Shown here piece after piece: positions 10,280 to 21,233 of a DNA stretch of 64,000 bases. Source of the DNA: Limnothrix sp. BL-A-16. GTDB taxonomy: Bacteria; Cyanobacteriota; Cyanobacteriia; CACIAM-69d. The position numbers and the translations under genes are program-made. Under the pieces are notes generated by a model that worked only from the letters and a program-made list of their open reading frames with translations, was not told the DNA's origin and made no database searches. How positions within the stretch are numbered: the first letter of the stretch is position 1; each line of letters opens with the position of its first letter. Location: assembly GCA_041937175.2 (NCBI GenBank), contig CP166615.1:3808001-3872000 (forward strand), in the 5' to 3' direction.

Positions 10280-11428
10280 ATGACTCCTCCCAAGTTATCG
10301 GATTCCGAAAAATACGAACTGATTACGCTCTATCGCCAGGGCGGCCACACCATGGCCACCCTGGGACAGCGCTATGGAGTCAGCACTTCAACCGTGGGCC
10401 GAATTTTGAAGTTGGCGGCCGAAGAGTCAGTGCCCGCGCCGGTTTCAGCTCCGGCCCCGATCGCCCCGCCTGTGGCCACTGCCGCGCCGGAAGTCCCAAT
10501 GCTGGAATTGGATCCCCAGCCGCCCCAGGTGGATCCCATGGTGGACTCCGGCGGGCGATCGGGCGGGCGATCGATCCCCAACCAACCGGCGGAACCAACC
10601 GACGGCACAACGGGTACAAGACGGGTGCGCCGTCGATCGCGCAGTGGAGCTTCGGAGTTGGCGGAATCTGCGCTACCGGAGTCCATCGCGGCCCCGGAGC
10701 CAACGCCAGCCAAGCCCATGGAACTTCCCGCCATGGAAACCTTGCCACTGTTTGAAACCGCCTTTGCCACCGCTGCGGCGGAACCCTTGACCGAGGTTGT
10801 TGCGGAGTTGGAAGCTGAGGCCCAGGAAGGGGTGCGATCGTCGCGCGTTGGCCGGCCAGTGAAAAAGCAGGCAGAAGCGACCACCAACACCAATGGCAAA
10901 GGGGGGCGATCGAATCGGCGGCGTAAAGGTAGCGGCCCCGTTGTGGCAGAGATCAACGAAGCCAGCGCGGAGGAAGCCGACGACGCGGACTTGGGAGCCG
11001 ACTTAGATCTAGATGATGACGATCTGGATCTGGACGAAGATGATTTTGAGTTTGGGGATGACGACGGTGAAGCGGGCCTGGCTGCCATGTTTGGGCGCGG
11101 AGCCAATCCGGATCAACCGATCGAAATTATGCCCCTGGAAACCTCACGGATCCCCAACCCTTGCTATCTCGTGATCGATCGAGCAGCGGAGTTAGTGGCC
11201 CGTCCCTTAGAAGATTTTCGAGAATTGGGGCAAATTCCACCCCAGGAAGCCGCTAGCCGCACCCTCCCGGTCTTTGACAACCATCGCGTGGCGCGGCGAT
11301 TTTCGGCGCGCAATCAGCGCATTATTAAAGTGCCCGATGCCAACGACCTGTTCCAAAAAACAGGCCCCTATCTCCAGGCCAAGGGCATCACTCACCTGTT
11401 AATCGATGGGCAGGTTTATTTACTGTAG
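10280..11428 (+). CDS. N-terminal HTH-domain protein with a long acidic disordered linker
   Basis: TMATLGQRYGVSTSTVGRIL HTH; D/E-rich tract; C-terminal LPVFDNHRVARRF...KGITHLLIDGQVY. Confidence 0.8.
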   Translation: MTPPKLSDSEKYELITLYRQGGHTMATLGQRYGVSTSTVGRILKLAAEESVPAPVSAPAPIAPPVATAAPEVPMLELDPQPPQVDPMVDSGGRSGGRSIPNQPAEPTDGTTGTRRVRRRSRSGASELAESALPESIAAPEPTPAKPMELPAMETLPLFETAFATAAAEPLTEVVAELEAEAQEGVRSSRVGRPVKKQAEATTNTNGKGGRSNRRRKGSGPVVAEINEASAEEADDADLGADLDLDDDDLDLDEDDFEFGDDDGEAGLAAMFGRGANPDQPIEIMPLETSRIPNPCYLVIDRAAELVARPLEDFRELGQIPPQEAASRTLPVFDNHRVARRFSARNQRIIKVPDANDLFQKTGPYLQAKGITHLLIDGQVYLL

Positions 11429-11450
11429 GCCTGGCTGCCAAATTTCTTGA

Positions 11451-12419
11451 TTGCCCCCCTCAAGTCTGTGGAGCGCCCATCCCGTGAAGACGGAGCAGCA
11501 GCCCAATCAGCCTGCCGGTTGGTCTGAACCATCGGAGCAGGGGACTCCTCTGAAATCCGGGACAAACAAACCAGCCCCGATCGGGCAGGGGATTGATCAT
11601 GGGCGCAGGCGGCAAAAGTGCCGATCTCACTGGAAATCCTGGGTTCAATCCCTGTGCGTGATGGTGGCGCTGTTGCTGTTGGTGGCCCATGGGCTTTGGT
11701 ATGGGGCTGTGCTGCCGGTGGCCCATAGTTTTCCTTTGTTTGGGGTGCGACGGGTGCTCACAACGGAGCCGCTGGTGGCCCTGACCTTTGATGATGGGCC
11801 CCAATCGCCCTACACGGAGCAGGTCTTGCAGGTCTTGGATCGCTTTGGGGTGAAGGCCACTTTCTTTGAAATTGGTCAGCAGATTGATCGGGAGCCGGCC
11901 TTAGCGCGATCGGTGGTGCAACGGGGCCATGAGTTGGGCAATCATTCCTACTCCCACCGGAATTTGATCCTGCGTTGGCCGGGGGAAATTGCCGCTGAAA
12001 TTACCGAAACCGATCAGCGGCTGCGGGCTGCGGGGGCTGAGGGACCAATCGCCCTGCGGCCGCCCTTGGGTAAGCGGTGGTTTGGGTTGCCCTATTGGCT
12101 ATGGCGATCGGGTCGCACCTTGGCCATGTGGGAAGTGGATTCCGGTGACTATGACCCAACCCATTCGGTGGCGGATTTGGTGCAAGGCGTGTTGCAGCGG
12201 GTGCAGCCCGGCTCCATTGTTCTGTTCCATGACGGCAGCTTCAAGACCCACCAGCCCCGCGATCGCACCGTGGCCGCACTGGGTGAAATTATTCCCACCC
12301 TCCAGGCCCGGGGCTATCGCCTGGTGACCTTGGGCGAACTGTTGCGATCGGGAAAACCCAGCGGTGGCGGCCCCTGGGAAAGCCGACTCCTTGATCGAGA
12401 GTCAAAATCAAACCCCTGA
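11451..12419 (+). CDS. Polysaccharide deacetylase (NodB family), membrane anchored
   Basis: TFDDGP, GNHSYSH, LRPP, VLFHDG motifs; start uncertain. Confidence 0.9.
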   Translation: MPPSSLWSAHPVKTEQQPNQPAGWSEPSEQGTPLKSGTNKPAPIGQGIDHGRRRQKCRSHWKSWVQSLCVMVALLLLVAHGLWYGAVLPVAHSFPLFGVRRVLTTEPLVALTFDDGPQSPYTEQVLQVLDRFGVKATFFEIGQQIDREPALARSVVQRGHELGNHSYSHRNLILRWPGEIAAEITETDQRLRAAGAEGPIALRPPLGKRWFGLPYWLWRSGRTLAMWEVDSGDYDPTHSVADLVQGVLQRVQPGSIVLFHDGSFKTHQPRDRTVAALGEIIPTLQARGYRLVTLGELLRSGKPSGGGPWESRLLDRESKSNP

Positions 12420-12489
12420 TCAGTGACCTGGCTTCGTTGGCCGAGATCCATCAATCACCGATCGCAAAGTCCCGCCATTGCTCCCGGCC

Positions 12490-14355
12490 CTAATCCGGGA
12501 GATCCTCCACAATGATCCAAGGGCCAGAGGGGTTATAGCGCCCTCGCAGAACGATCGAGCTACCGGATTCCAGTTGGCCAAGGCGGTAATTCACCCAAGG
12601 ATGGAGCGCCACCAGGGAAATTGGCTCCGGGGTCAAGGCGGTTTCTAGGGCATAGTCCTGGGGGCCGCGCCGCTGAAACTGACCGGTGAACCCCAAGGTG
12701 GCTGAAGGCTCTGGCGGTGGAATCAGATTCAAGGGATGCTCCTGGGTCAGCAGTTGCTCATAGGCTTGGGGATGGGCAATCCAGTGCTCCTGCTGTGATC
12801 GCCAATCATCGCGATCGGGCGTGAGGCCAAAACAGGGAATTACCGCCGCCGGAGCCTGGGGGTCATGGAGCAAGGCCGTTTGCACAGCGGCTACCGGCAG
12901 CGATCGGGGTTGGCAATGCTGCTGAACACAAAGGGCCGCCGCCGCCCCCGCCGCTTGACCCAACCCCAACACCACCGGCTGGAGGCGCGTGGCTCCGTTG
13001 GCCATGTGAGATACGGAAATATTCTTATCGCAAACCAACAGCCCATCGACTTGCTGTGGCACCAGGCAACCATAGGGCAGCGCAAAGGCCGTGCCTGTCC
13101 AGCGCCCTCCCCATCGGAGCGATTTGGGCGCTAGGGGAAAGACCTCACCGGGGTAGTGGTGATCATTGGGATAGTTGCCATAGGCGATCGCGCTGCTGGC
13201 TCCGCTGTGGGGATCGCGGGGCAGGGCCGCTCCCCAGCCTCCGACCACTGGCAAGATGTGGTTTTCCGTCACCGTTGCCAATCCCTGGAGGCGGCGGCTT
13301 TCCCGAAAGTAGGGATAGAGCGCAAAGGCTCCAGCGTCGGGAAAGAGCTGATCGGCCAAGCCATAGCGCCGTCCGAGGGTTTGTTGTAACCAATGGGCAA
13401 ATCCCAAACTGCGATCGTAGGCGGCTTGCAGCGCCGCTGCTCGATCGGCCGCCGTTCCCACCAGGCGATCGAGATCATCCCCATAGTCATTGCCCGCCTG
13501 GGGCCAGTTGATCATGAACCGATCGCCCGCAATCCGCCCATAGTCCAACACGCGCTGGGCACTGGTATAGCCCGCAAAGGCTTCCCGGTAGTGGCTGGGG
13601 TCATAGTCAGCGGGGCAGGGAATTTCCGGGGCGATCGCTTCGGGGCCAAAATCCTGAAGATAAAAAACCCAAGTGGGAGCCTGCACCGGAAATTGTTCGG
13701 TCAAGGCTGTGGGCCCCGCCGGGGCCGTGGGTTCTTGCCATTGGTCTTGCCACTCCCAACCCCAACGATAGGGAACCTCTCCCAGGGCTAACAGATCTCC
13801 CAATTCCGTGCCGTCGATCGTGATCTGGGCGGTAACCCGTAACCCCGAGTCAAAGGTAACCCCGGTGATTTGATCGCCCGATCGCTGCACCGACACCGGC
13901 CGCACTCCGGAAACCCAACGTAAATTGGGCAGGGCCGCCACCCAATCAGCAAAAATCTGCGCCCCGATCGCCGGTTCATAGGTGAAAAAGCTGACCCAAC
14001 CCCAATCCAGTCCCTGGGGTTGACGCTGGGCCAATTCCTGCAAAAACGCCCCCCAGAGGCCCGTTTGCAGCGCCGTCAATTCATTGCCATCCGGCGCACA
14101 GACCCCCGCCGCCGTCAGCATTCCGCCCAACCAGGAAAACTCCGTGGCCAACAGCACCCGCACCCCAGAACGGGCCGCTTGAATAGCCGCCGCCGTCCCT
14201 CCAGTGCCGCCACCCACCACCAAAACATCGGTTTCCGCGATCGGGTTGTTCAGAATGGGGCTGTCCAGGGGCAGCGGATCCGGGGTCGGGGACACCGCCC
14301 CCAAGGGGAGAGCAAAACCCTCAATCGCTGTCTGAGGGAAGCGTTCCGTGGTCAC
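12490..14355 (-). CDS. FAD-dependent oxidoreductase
   Basis: DVLVVGGGTGGTAAA Rossmann motif, IDGTELGD, RESRR, ANGATRLQP. Confidence 0.88.
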   Translation of the reverse strand: MTTERFPQTAIEGFALPLGAVSPTPDPLPLDSPILNNPIAETDVLVVGGGTGGTAAAIQAARSGVRVLLATEFSWLGGMLTAAGVCAPDGNELTALQTGLWGAFLQELAQRQPQGLDWGWVSFFTYEPAIGAQIFADWVAALPNLRWVSGVRPVSVQRSGDQITGVTFDSGLRVTAQITIDGTELGDLLALGEVPYRWGWEWQDQWQEPTAPAGPTALTEQFPVQAPTWVFYLQDFGPEAIAPEIPCPADYDPSHYREAFAGYTSAQRVLDYGRIAGDRFMINWPQAGNDYGDDLDRLVGTAADRAAALQAAYDRSLGFAHWLQQTLGRRYGLADQLFPDAGAFALYPYFRESRRLQGLATVTENHILPVVGGWGAALPRDPHSGASSAIAYGNYPNDHHYPGEVFPLAPKSLRWGGRWTGTAFALPYGCLVPQQVDGLLVCDKNISVSHMANGATRLQPVVLGLGQAAGAAAALCVQQHCQPRSLPVAAVQTALLHDPQAPAAVIPCFGLTPDRDDWRSQQEHWIAHPQAYEQLLTQEHPLNLIPPPEPSATLGFTGQFQRRGPQDYALETALTPEPISLVALHPWVNYRLGQLESGSSIVLRGRYNPSGPWIIVEDLPD

Positions 14356-14389
14356 CGAGCATTACTCCGAGCAGATCAACTGCCCAACC

Positions 14390-14698
14390 TTACCATGTGG
14401 GATCAATGCCCAAATTGACCGTCAGTGCTGAGATTCCGGTCGGTACGGCACTGATGCAAGCACAAACGGTTTGGGGGTCTGCGGGGCTGCTGGGGGCCGC
14501 TGATGGATCGGGGCGATCGGGGCGATCGGGGCTGGGTAGGGGCTGCGCTGCCAAATCCACTTCACAGGCATGGCAAGACCCCATCAGACAACCCGTGGGA
14601 ATGGCAACCCCGGCGCGATCGGCCACGGTTAACAGCATCTCGCCCGGTTGGGCTGAGACGGTGACTTGATCGGGCAAAAAGGTAACGGAGATCTCCAT
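14390..14698 (-). CDS. 2Fe-2S ferredoxin-like protein
   Basis: GCLMGSCHAC...VCAC cysteine pattern with a Pro-rich insertion. Confidence 0.85.
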   Translation of the reverse strand: MEISVTFLPDQVTVSAQPGEMLLTVADRAGVAIPTGCLMGSCHACEVDLAAQPLPSPDRPDRPDPSAAPSSPADPQTVCACISAVPTGISALTVNLGIDPTW

Positions 14699-14758
14699 AG
14701 GGCGGATGGCGGCGGTTTGGGGGTTGGGCAGTCGGGTCAGTGATTGGGTGGCCTCAGC

Positions 14759-17700
14759 TCATTCGGTGGCTTCAGCGGAAAAGGTCGGTTGATCGTCCCG
14801 AGCGTCCGACTCGATCGGCAGGAAGGCCAATTCTGGCTTGCGGCCCGGCGGCAATTGGCGCGTGGTGATGGTGTTCAAGCGGGCCTTGGGATGCTTAAAA
14901 CTCAGCTCCGGCGACCAAGCGGGTTGCTGGGAAGCGGGCAAGCCGTCGCCATGGGGGCCGATCTCCGAGGCCCCGTTGGCCGGCGGCGTTTGGGTAATGG
15001 GTAAGGTAATCGTAAATTCTGCACCCTGGTCAGGGGCCGATCGACAAATCATGCTGCCACGATGGCGCTGAATAATTTGATAGCTAATCGAGAGGCCTAA
15101 TCCCGTGCCCTTGCCTAGGGGTTTTGTGGTGAAAAAAGGATCAAATAATTGAGATTGAATTGCTTCAGGAATCCCCGGCCCATTATCTCGAATGGTGACA
15201 CCAATATGCTGAGGATCCGGTTGTGAAAGATCAATCCAAATGCGACCAATAAAGGGCAATTGATCGCGACTCAGTTGCTCTTCTTGGGCCTCGCGTAAAG
15301 CATCGATCGCATTAGAGAGCAAATTCATGCAAACCTGATGAATTTGACCGGAATAGCATTCAATGGGAGGAATGTTGTCATAATTCCGAATGATCTCAAT
15401 TTCAGGATAGCTGCCATTGGGCTTCAGGTGATATTGCAAGATCATGAGCGTGGACTCGATCGCCTCTTGCAAGTACAGGGCGTTGGTAATGGTGCGATCG
15501 ACCCGTGAGAAACCACGCAGCGCCGAGACAATTTCTCGAATTCGATTCGTGCCCAAATGCATTGAGTCCAATAATTTAGGAAAATCTCGCGCTAGAAAGT
15601 CCAAGTCAAAGGTTTCCAGCAAGGCTTGAATCTGCTCTTTTGGCGCTTGTTGGGCTTCCAGCCGGGCCAGTTGAATCAGGAATTCGGAATATTCACGAAT
15701 GGGGCCCAAGTTGCTATGAATAAACCCGATCGGGTTATTAATTTCATGGGCAACGCCAGCGATTAATTGTCCCAAAATTGACATCTTTTCGCTTTGGAGC
15801 AAATGCATTTGAGTTTGCTTGAGTTCGTCCAGCGTTTGGGCCAATTCAGTCGCTTGCGATCGGGTTTGTTGCAGCAATTCTGTATGCTGAAGCGCCACAC
15901 CCAATTGCGCACAAACCTGGCGTAAAAATTCCACTTCCGAGTCTTGCCAATGGCGAGGAGCGGTGCATTGGTGAATGCCCATCAGTCCCCACAGCTCCTC
16001 ACTTTGAATGATCGGAATCACCAAGTTGGCCTGCACTTGCCAAGTCCGCAACATTTCCAAATGACAATCGGGCATGGTGGAATTGTGCACATTCGGAATG
16101 CTGTGAACTTTGCCCACTTGGTACTGAAGAACGTGCTGATCGCTAAAGCAGGGATCTTCTAATTCCAAGTGCAGAATGGAGGTGCAACCCCGGGCCCGAT
16201 CTTCCGCAATAATTTTGCCCTGGGCGGTCGGGGCTTGGGAATTAAAGGCAAACACCACCACCCGATCGGCCCGCAGCAGTTGCCGCACTTCCCGGGCCGT
16301 GGTGCGAAACACGGTTTCCAGATCCAAAGACTCGCGAATTTTGGCAATCAATCGCGCCAGGGTTTGTTGCTGATGGATCACCCGTTCCAGATCCGCCGTC
16401 GATCGCTGAAGTTCCTCGTTCGATTGGCGCAACTCCGCCGTGCGGGTCTGCACTTGGGCCTCCAAACTGGCGTTCAGGCTGTTCACCTCTGTATACAGCC
16501 AATGTTGCTTGACCGCCGTGGCAAACCGTTCCCCCAATGCCTGGGCGAGCTTCACCTCAGAGACCGTCCATTGCTGGGCTTGGCCGATCCTGATTTGTCG
16601 CCACACCTCAAAGGAATGGCGGGCCATCAGTTGGCGCGTGTCCGGGTCGTGCCAGCCGGTCCAAAGCTCATCGGTGTTGACCTCATCCCGAAAAATGCTG
16701 AGACAACCCAGTAACTCACTGCCGTAATAGAGGGGAACCAAAATCAGACCCCGGATCGGCAGCCACTGAAACGAGGGGGCCACCGATCGCAGCAGGGGTT
16801 CTCGGTAAATGTCCCCGATCGCCCAAACGCGCTGGCTAAAACTGCTGCTGTCCTGGGGTGGGGCCGCCAGGCCATAGTTGGCGCGCATCCACTCCACAGA
16901 CCAATCCTGAGACCAATCCTGAGTGGTGGTGTTGGGCGGTGGCTCGGGCACTGCGCCCGCTTTCAAAAAGGCATAGACCAGCCGGTGTTCCTCGAAGGGG
17001 CGCTGATCCGTGGTGGCCAGGGGATGGGGCTGGGGCCCCACGGTATACAGTTCCCGATCGGCCTGGCCCCCGGGCCAAAGGCACAATCGGCCGCCGCTGC
17101 CTCCCAAAATTTGCACCGTTTCTTCCAGGGCCTTTTGCAGTTGGCCCGTGGGCGCTTCGTGCAGCAGGGCCGTGACGCGGTTAATGCTCGCTTCCTGGAG
17201 GGCTTGATCCGTGACCCGTTGCACCAAAATTGACTGGGCGATCGCGATTTCCACCTGATCGACCACCGCTTGGATGAATTGCAGTTCCTCCTCATCCACC
17301 GATCGGGGTTCCGCGTGGTGAGAAACCAACAGCCCCCACAGGTTGCCCATGTGCAGGGTGCTGGAAACGGGCGGCTCAGAGGTGGCCGGAAAGTTATCCA
17401 GCACGATCGGAACCACCACCGACGACTGCACCCCCATCACCGTCAGATATTCCACATGGCATGGATCCACCGGACGGTAGCGCATCGTCGAAGGACTACG
17501 CAATTCCCCATCGCCCGGGGGATCCATGGCACTCAGGCCCGTTTGGCACTCAGCCACATCCACCACCACTCGCTGGCGGGCCCGCACGAACAACTCTCTG
17601 GCCTGGGGCGGAATATCATCCACCGGAAAATGCAACCCCTTCAAGGAAGGCAGTCGATCGGGGACGAGGGATTCGGCCACCACCGTGCCATGGCCCTCGG

Positions 17701-17869
17701 GCGAAAATTGGTAAATCTTGACCCGATCGGTCTCCAAAAAGGCTCGTACCTCCGCCACCGTCACCGCCAGGATCTCGCTCAGCTCCAGGGACTGCCGAAT
17801 TCGGTTTGCAATCCCCATCAGTAGCTGTTCCTGAGTGCCTTTGCGTGGCTTCTGTAAATCTAATTCCAT
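14759..17869 (-). CDS. Knotless phytochrome (GAF-PHY) plus cyanobacteriochrome GAF plus histidine kinase
   Basis: GAF1 with DIP motif and PCH; tongue-like W...ARHSF; GAF3 with DPCF and CH; HEINNP H-box, DNGPG and GTGLGL boxes. Confidence 0.88.
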   Translation of the reverse strand: MELDLQKPRKGTQEQLLMGIANRIRQSLELSEILAVTVAEVRAFLETDRVKIYQFSPEGHGTVVAESLVPDRLPSLKGLHFPVDDIPPQARELFVRARQRVVVDVAECQTGLSAMDPPGDGELRSPSTMRYRPVDPCHVEYLTVMGVQSSVVVPIVLDNFPATSEPPVSSTLHMGNLWGLLVSHHAEPRSVDEEELQFIQAVVDQVEIAIAQSILVQRVTDQALQEASINRVTALLHEAPTGQLQKALEETVQILGGSGGRLCLWPGGQADRELYTVGPQPHPLATTDQRPFEEHRLVYAFLKAGAVPEPPPNTTTQDWSQDWSVEWMRANYGLAAPPQDSSSFSQRVWAIGDIYREPLLRSVAPSFQWLPIRGLILVPLYYGSELLGCLSIFRDEVNTDELWTGWHDPDTRQLMARHSFEVWRQIRIGQAQQWTVSEVKLAQALGERFATAVKQHWLYTEVNSLNASLEAQVQTRTAELRQSNEELQRSTADLERVIHQQQTLARLIAKIRESLDLETVFRTTAREVRQLLRADRVVVFAFNSQAPTAQGKIIAEDRARGCTSILHLELEDPCFSDQHVLQYQVGKVHSIPNVHNSTMPDCHLEMLRTWQVQANLVIPIIQSEELWGLMGIHQCTAPRHWQDSEVEFLRQVCAQLGVALQHTELLQQTRSQATELAQTLDELKQTQMHLLQSEKMSILGQLIAGVAHEINNPIGFIHSNLGPIREYSEFLIQLARLEAQQAPKEQIQALLETFDLDFLARDFPKLLDSMHLGTNRIREIVSALRGFSRVDRTITNALYLQEAIESTLMILQYHLKPNGSYPEIEIIRNYDNIPPIECYSGQIHQVCMNLLSNAIDALREAQEEQLSRDQLPFIGRIWIDLSQPDPQHIGVTIRDNGPGIPEAIQSQLFDPFFTTKPLGKGTGLGLSISYQIIQRHRGSMICRSAPDQGAEFTITLPITQTPPANGASEIGPHGDGLPASQQPAWSPELSFKHPKARLNTITTRQLPPGRKPELAFLPIESDARDDQPTFSAEATE

Positions 17870-18358
17870 GGCTGCTTAACCTGTGCATCAACACAATCGC
17901 CGATCGCCACCGCTGCCCCAAGACTGGTGATTGACGGGCGAAACGGCGCTGAACTGGGGATCGATCAGTCCCACCCGCAGACAACCCAAAAGCATCGCGC
18001 CTAGCCCCTGATCCCCAAGCTGCTTCCCCTCCTAAGGCGCTGATCCCCAAGCGACTGACCCCAAGGCGCTCAATGGTGATGCACCAGTGCCGCTTGCTTT
18101 GCAGATCCCTAGATCTCAAGATCCCGATCTTTTACAGATGTCAATTTCTATCTTCAGGGAATGGGTCACTCAAAAGCAATGTACTGACCGCGCACTGCTG
18201 AAACCGTAAGGTCAACGATTTTGGATCCCGCTTAGTGAATGGTCGATCGCTGCAATCAATTTGCGCCAAATATAAAAACGGTATGGAGATTCGTTAGAGT
18301 CGATAGGGGTCAGTCCAAAACCAAAATTCCCCATATCCAACACCCAAGGTGGCCGCCT

Positions 18359-20263
18359 ATGCATCTGAGCGAACTTACTCACCCCAATCAACTTCATGGG
18401 CTGTCGATCGCCCAATTAGAAGAAATTGCCCGCCAAATTCGAGAAAAACATCTGCAAACCGTCGCCACCAGCGGCGGTCACCTGGGCCCCGGTTTAGGCG
18501 TGGTGGAATTAACAGTCGCCCTCTATCAAACCCTTGACCTCGATCGCGACAAGGTGATCTGGGATGTGGGCCACCAGGCCTATCCCCACAAACTGATTAC
18601 CGGTCGTTACAACGAGTTCCATACCCTGCGCCAAAAGGATGGCATTGCTGGTTATCTCAAGCGCTGTGAAAGTAAGTTCGACCACTTCGGCGCAGGCCAC
18701 GCCTCCACTAGCATTTCCGCCGGTTTGGGCATGGCGATCGCCCGGGATATGGCCGGCGAAAACTACAAAGTGGTTTCCATCATCGGCGACGGCGCAATGA
18801 CCGGCGGGATGGCCCTTGAAGCCATTAACCACGCGGGTCACCTGCCCGACACTAATTTGATGGTGGTGCTCAACGATAACGACATGTCCATTTCGCCCAA
18901 CGTGGGGGCCCTGTCGCGCTACCTGAATAAAATGCGCCTTAGCCCGCCGATGCAGTTCCTAACGGACAACATCGAAGAGCAGGTGAAGCATTTGCCCTTC
19001 TTTGGTGGCTCTCTATCGCCGGAACTCGATCGGGTCAAAGAAGGCATGAAGCGCCTAGCCGTGTCGAAAGTGGGCGCAGTGTTTGAAGAACTGGGCTTTA
19101 CCTACATGGGCCCCGTTGACGGTCACAACATTAAAGAACTGATTGACATCTTTCGCGAAGGCCACAAGCAAAAGGGCCCTGTGCTCGTCCACGTGGCCAC
19201 CACCAAAGGCAAGGGCTACGCGATCGCGGAAAAAGATCAAGTGGGTTACCACGCTCAAAATCCCTTTGATTTGGCAACGGGCAAGGCCAAACCGGCTAGC
19301 AAGCCCACGCCGCCCAGCTATTCAAAAGTTTTTGCAGAAACCCTGATTACCCTCGCGGAAAACGATCCTCGAATTGTGGCCATCACGGCGGCCATGGCCA
19401 CCGGTACGGGTCTCGACAAGTTCCAAGCCAAGCTGCCGAACCAATATGTGGATGTGGGCATTGCCGAACAGCACGCCGTAACCATGGCGGCGGGCATGGC
19501 CTGCGAAGGGGCGCGCCCGGTGGTGACGATCTATTCCACCTTCTTGCAGCGGGCCTTTGACCAAGTGATCCATGATGTTTGCATCCAGGATCTGCCGGTC
19601 TTCTTCTGTCTCGATCGCGCCGGGGTGGTCGGAGCCGACGGCCCCACCCACCAGGGGATGTATGACATTGCCTACCTGCGGTGCATTCCTAACTTGGTGG
19701 TGATGGCTCCCAAGGATGAGGCGGAGTTCCAGCGGATGTTGGTGACGGGCGTAACCCATTCGGGCCCGATCGCCGTGCGCTATCCCCGGGGTAGTGGCGT
19801 GGGTGCGCCGTTGCTAGAAGCTGGCTGGGAGCCGATGCCGATCGGGAAAGGCGAAGTGCTACGAACCGGTGATGATCTGTTGCTGGTGGGCTACGGCACG
19901 ATGGTCTATCCGGCCATGCAAGCGGCGGAAATCCTCAGCGAGCATGGCATTGAAGCCACGGTGGTGAATGCCCGGTTCGTGAAGCCGCTGGATACAGAGT
20001 TGATTGTGCCCCTGGCCCAGAAGATTGGCCGGGTGGTGACGATCGAGGAAGGCTGCCTGATGGGTGGCTTTGGGTCGGCGGTGCTGGAAGCCCTGGGCGA
20101 TGCGGGTGTGGCCGTGCCGGTGACCCGCTTGGGTGTGCCGGACATTTTGGTGGAGCACGCCACGCCGAGCCAGTCGATGCAAAGCCTGGGTCTGACGGGG
20201 CCACAAATTGCCGATCGCCTGTTGACGCAGTTGGGCCGTAAGCCGGAAATGGCAGCGGTTTAG
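18359..20263 (+). CDS. dxs: 1-deoxy-D-xylulose-5-phosphate synthase
   Basis: MHLSEL start, [43 protein letters not shown]. Confidence 0.98.
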   Translation: MHLSELTHPNQLHGLSIAQLEEIARQIREKHLQTVATSGGHLGPGLGVVELTVALYQTLDLDRDKVIWDVGHQAYPHKLITGRYNEFHTLRQKDGIAGYLKRCESKFDHFGAGHASTSISAGLGMAIARDMAGENYKVVSIIGDGAMTGGMALEAINHAGHLPDTNLMVVLNDNDMSISPNVGALSRYLNKMRLSPPMQFLTDNIEEQVKHLPFFGGSLSPELDRVKEGMKRLAVSKVGAVFEELGFTYMGPVDGHNIKELIDIFREGHKQKGPVLVHVATTKGKGYAIAEKDQVGYHAQNPFDLATGKAKPASKPTPPSYSKVFAETLITLAENDPRIVAITAAMATGTGLDKFQAKLPNQYVDVGIAEQHAVTMAAGMACEGARPVVTIYSTFLQRAFDQVIHDVCIQDLPVFFCLDRAGVVGADGPTHQGMYDIAYLRCIPNLVVMAPKDEAEFQRMLVTGVTHSGPIAVRYPRGSGVGAPLLEAGWEPMPIGKGEVLRTGDDLLLVGYGTMVYPAMQAAEILSEHGIEATVVNARFVKPLDTELIVPLAQKIGRVVTIEEGCLMGGFGSAVLEALGDAGVAVPVTRLGVPDILVEHATPSQSMQSLGLTGPQIADRLLTQLGRKPEMAAV

Positions 20264-20445
20264 ATTCCAAGGCAAGGTCGGGTTGGGCGATCGGGCGATC
20301 GCTCAACCGGGCCGCCCCCGATCGGCAACAGAGCTGTGGGGTGGACAATGCCCGCCGCCCTCTAGCCCCAAGCAACATCCGCGAGATGTGCAAATCTTCC
20401 GAGTATTACGAGCTACGCGACACGGTTGAGCTAACTACATCCCAA

Positions 20446-20769
20446 ATGAATGCCCTATCAATTCCTACTTGGATCGTGCATGTTTCCAGCGTCATCGAGT
20501 GGATCGCCGCGATCGTGCTGATTTGGCGCTACGGCGACCTCACCGAAAATCCGAGCTGGCGGGCCCTCAGTTGGGGAATGTTGCCGGCCCTGGTGAGTGC
20601 CATGTGCGCCTGTACTTGGCACTTTTTTGACAATGCGCCGCGCTTGGAATGGCTGGTAACGGTGCAGGCAGCCACGACAGTGATTGGTAATTGCACGCTC
20701 TGTGCGGGGGCTTGGTGGATCTGGCGATCGCGCCCGATCGACCCATCAGAATCTGAAAAAGATCCCTAG
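20446..20769 (+). CDS. ycf49: Ycf49-like (DUF2499) membrane protein
   Basis: [19 protein letters not shown]...[17 protein letters not shown]. Confidence 0.9.
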   Translation: MNALSIPTWIVHVSSVIEWIAAIVLIWRYGDLTENPSWRALSWGMLPALVSAMCACTWHFFDNAPRLEWLVTVQAATTVIGNCTLCAGAWWIWRSRPIDPSESEKDP

Positions 20770-21233
20770 GAATTCGGTCTTAAAAGTCAGCACCCTGGCA
20801 CGGCCAGGGGCTTTGATTGTGATTGATCATTGCAACAATCATTGTTGGGCTTAATCGAATTTCTGTGAACATCTTAAATTTTTTACGTTGAAGGAATTAG
20901 AAAATCTTAAAAAATTCAATTGATTCTTTGAAACTCAGTCATTTTCTATGTATTTCACCTTTTATTCAGCCTTTGTATAAATTAATGCCAGTAAAAAATA
21001 GAGATTTCAAAATATTTTCTATTGCCTTGAAAGTATTTCACTGAATACAGAAATTATTGCTTAAAATTATCATTAGAAGCCATGATTATGAAGAACAAAG
21101 CGCTCTTCACGGAACCTTCGTCTAGAGATCACTTAATCTTTAAACCGATTTTTCAAAGTGCGATCTAAGATGTAACTCAAGAACCTAAACGTTGGGTGCT
21201 AGACCTCTCCACTACTGCGGAAAAATTGTCACT

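Noticed and set aside
10280..10420. Transposase, suggested by the N-terminal HTH
   Set aside because: No DDE domain, inverted repeats or target duplication
21033..21048. NtcA site upstream of the PEP-CTERM gene
   Set aside because: Spacing is GTA-N10-TAC rather than GTA-N8-TAC
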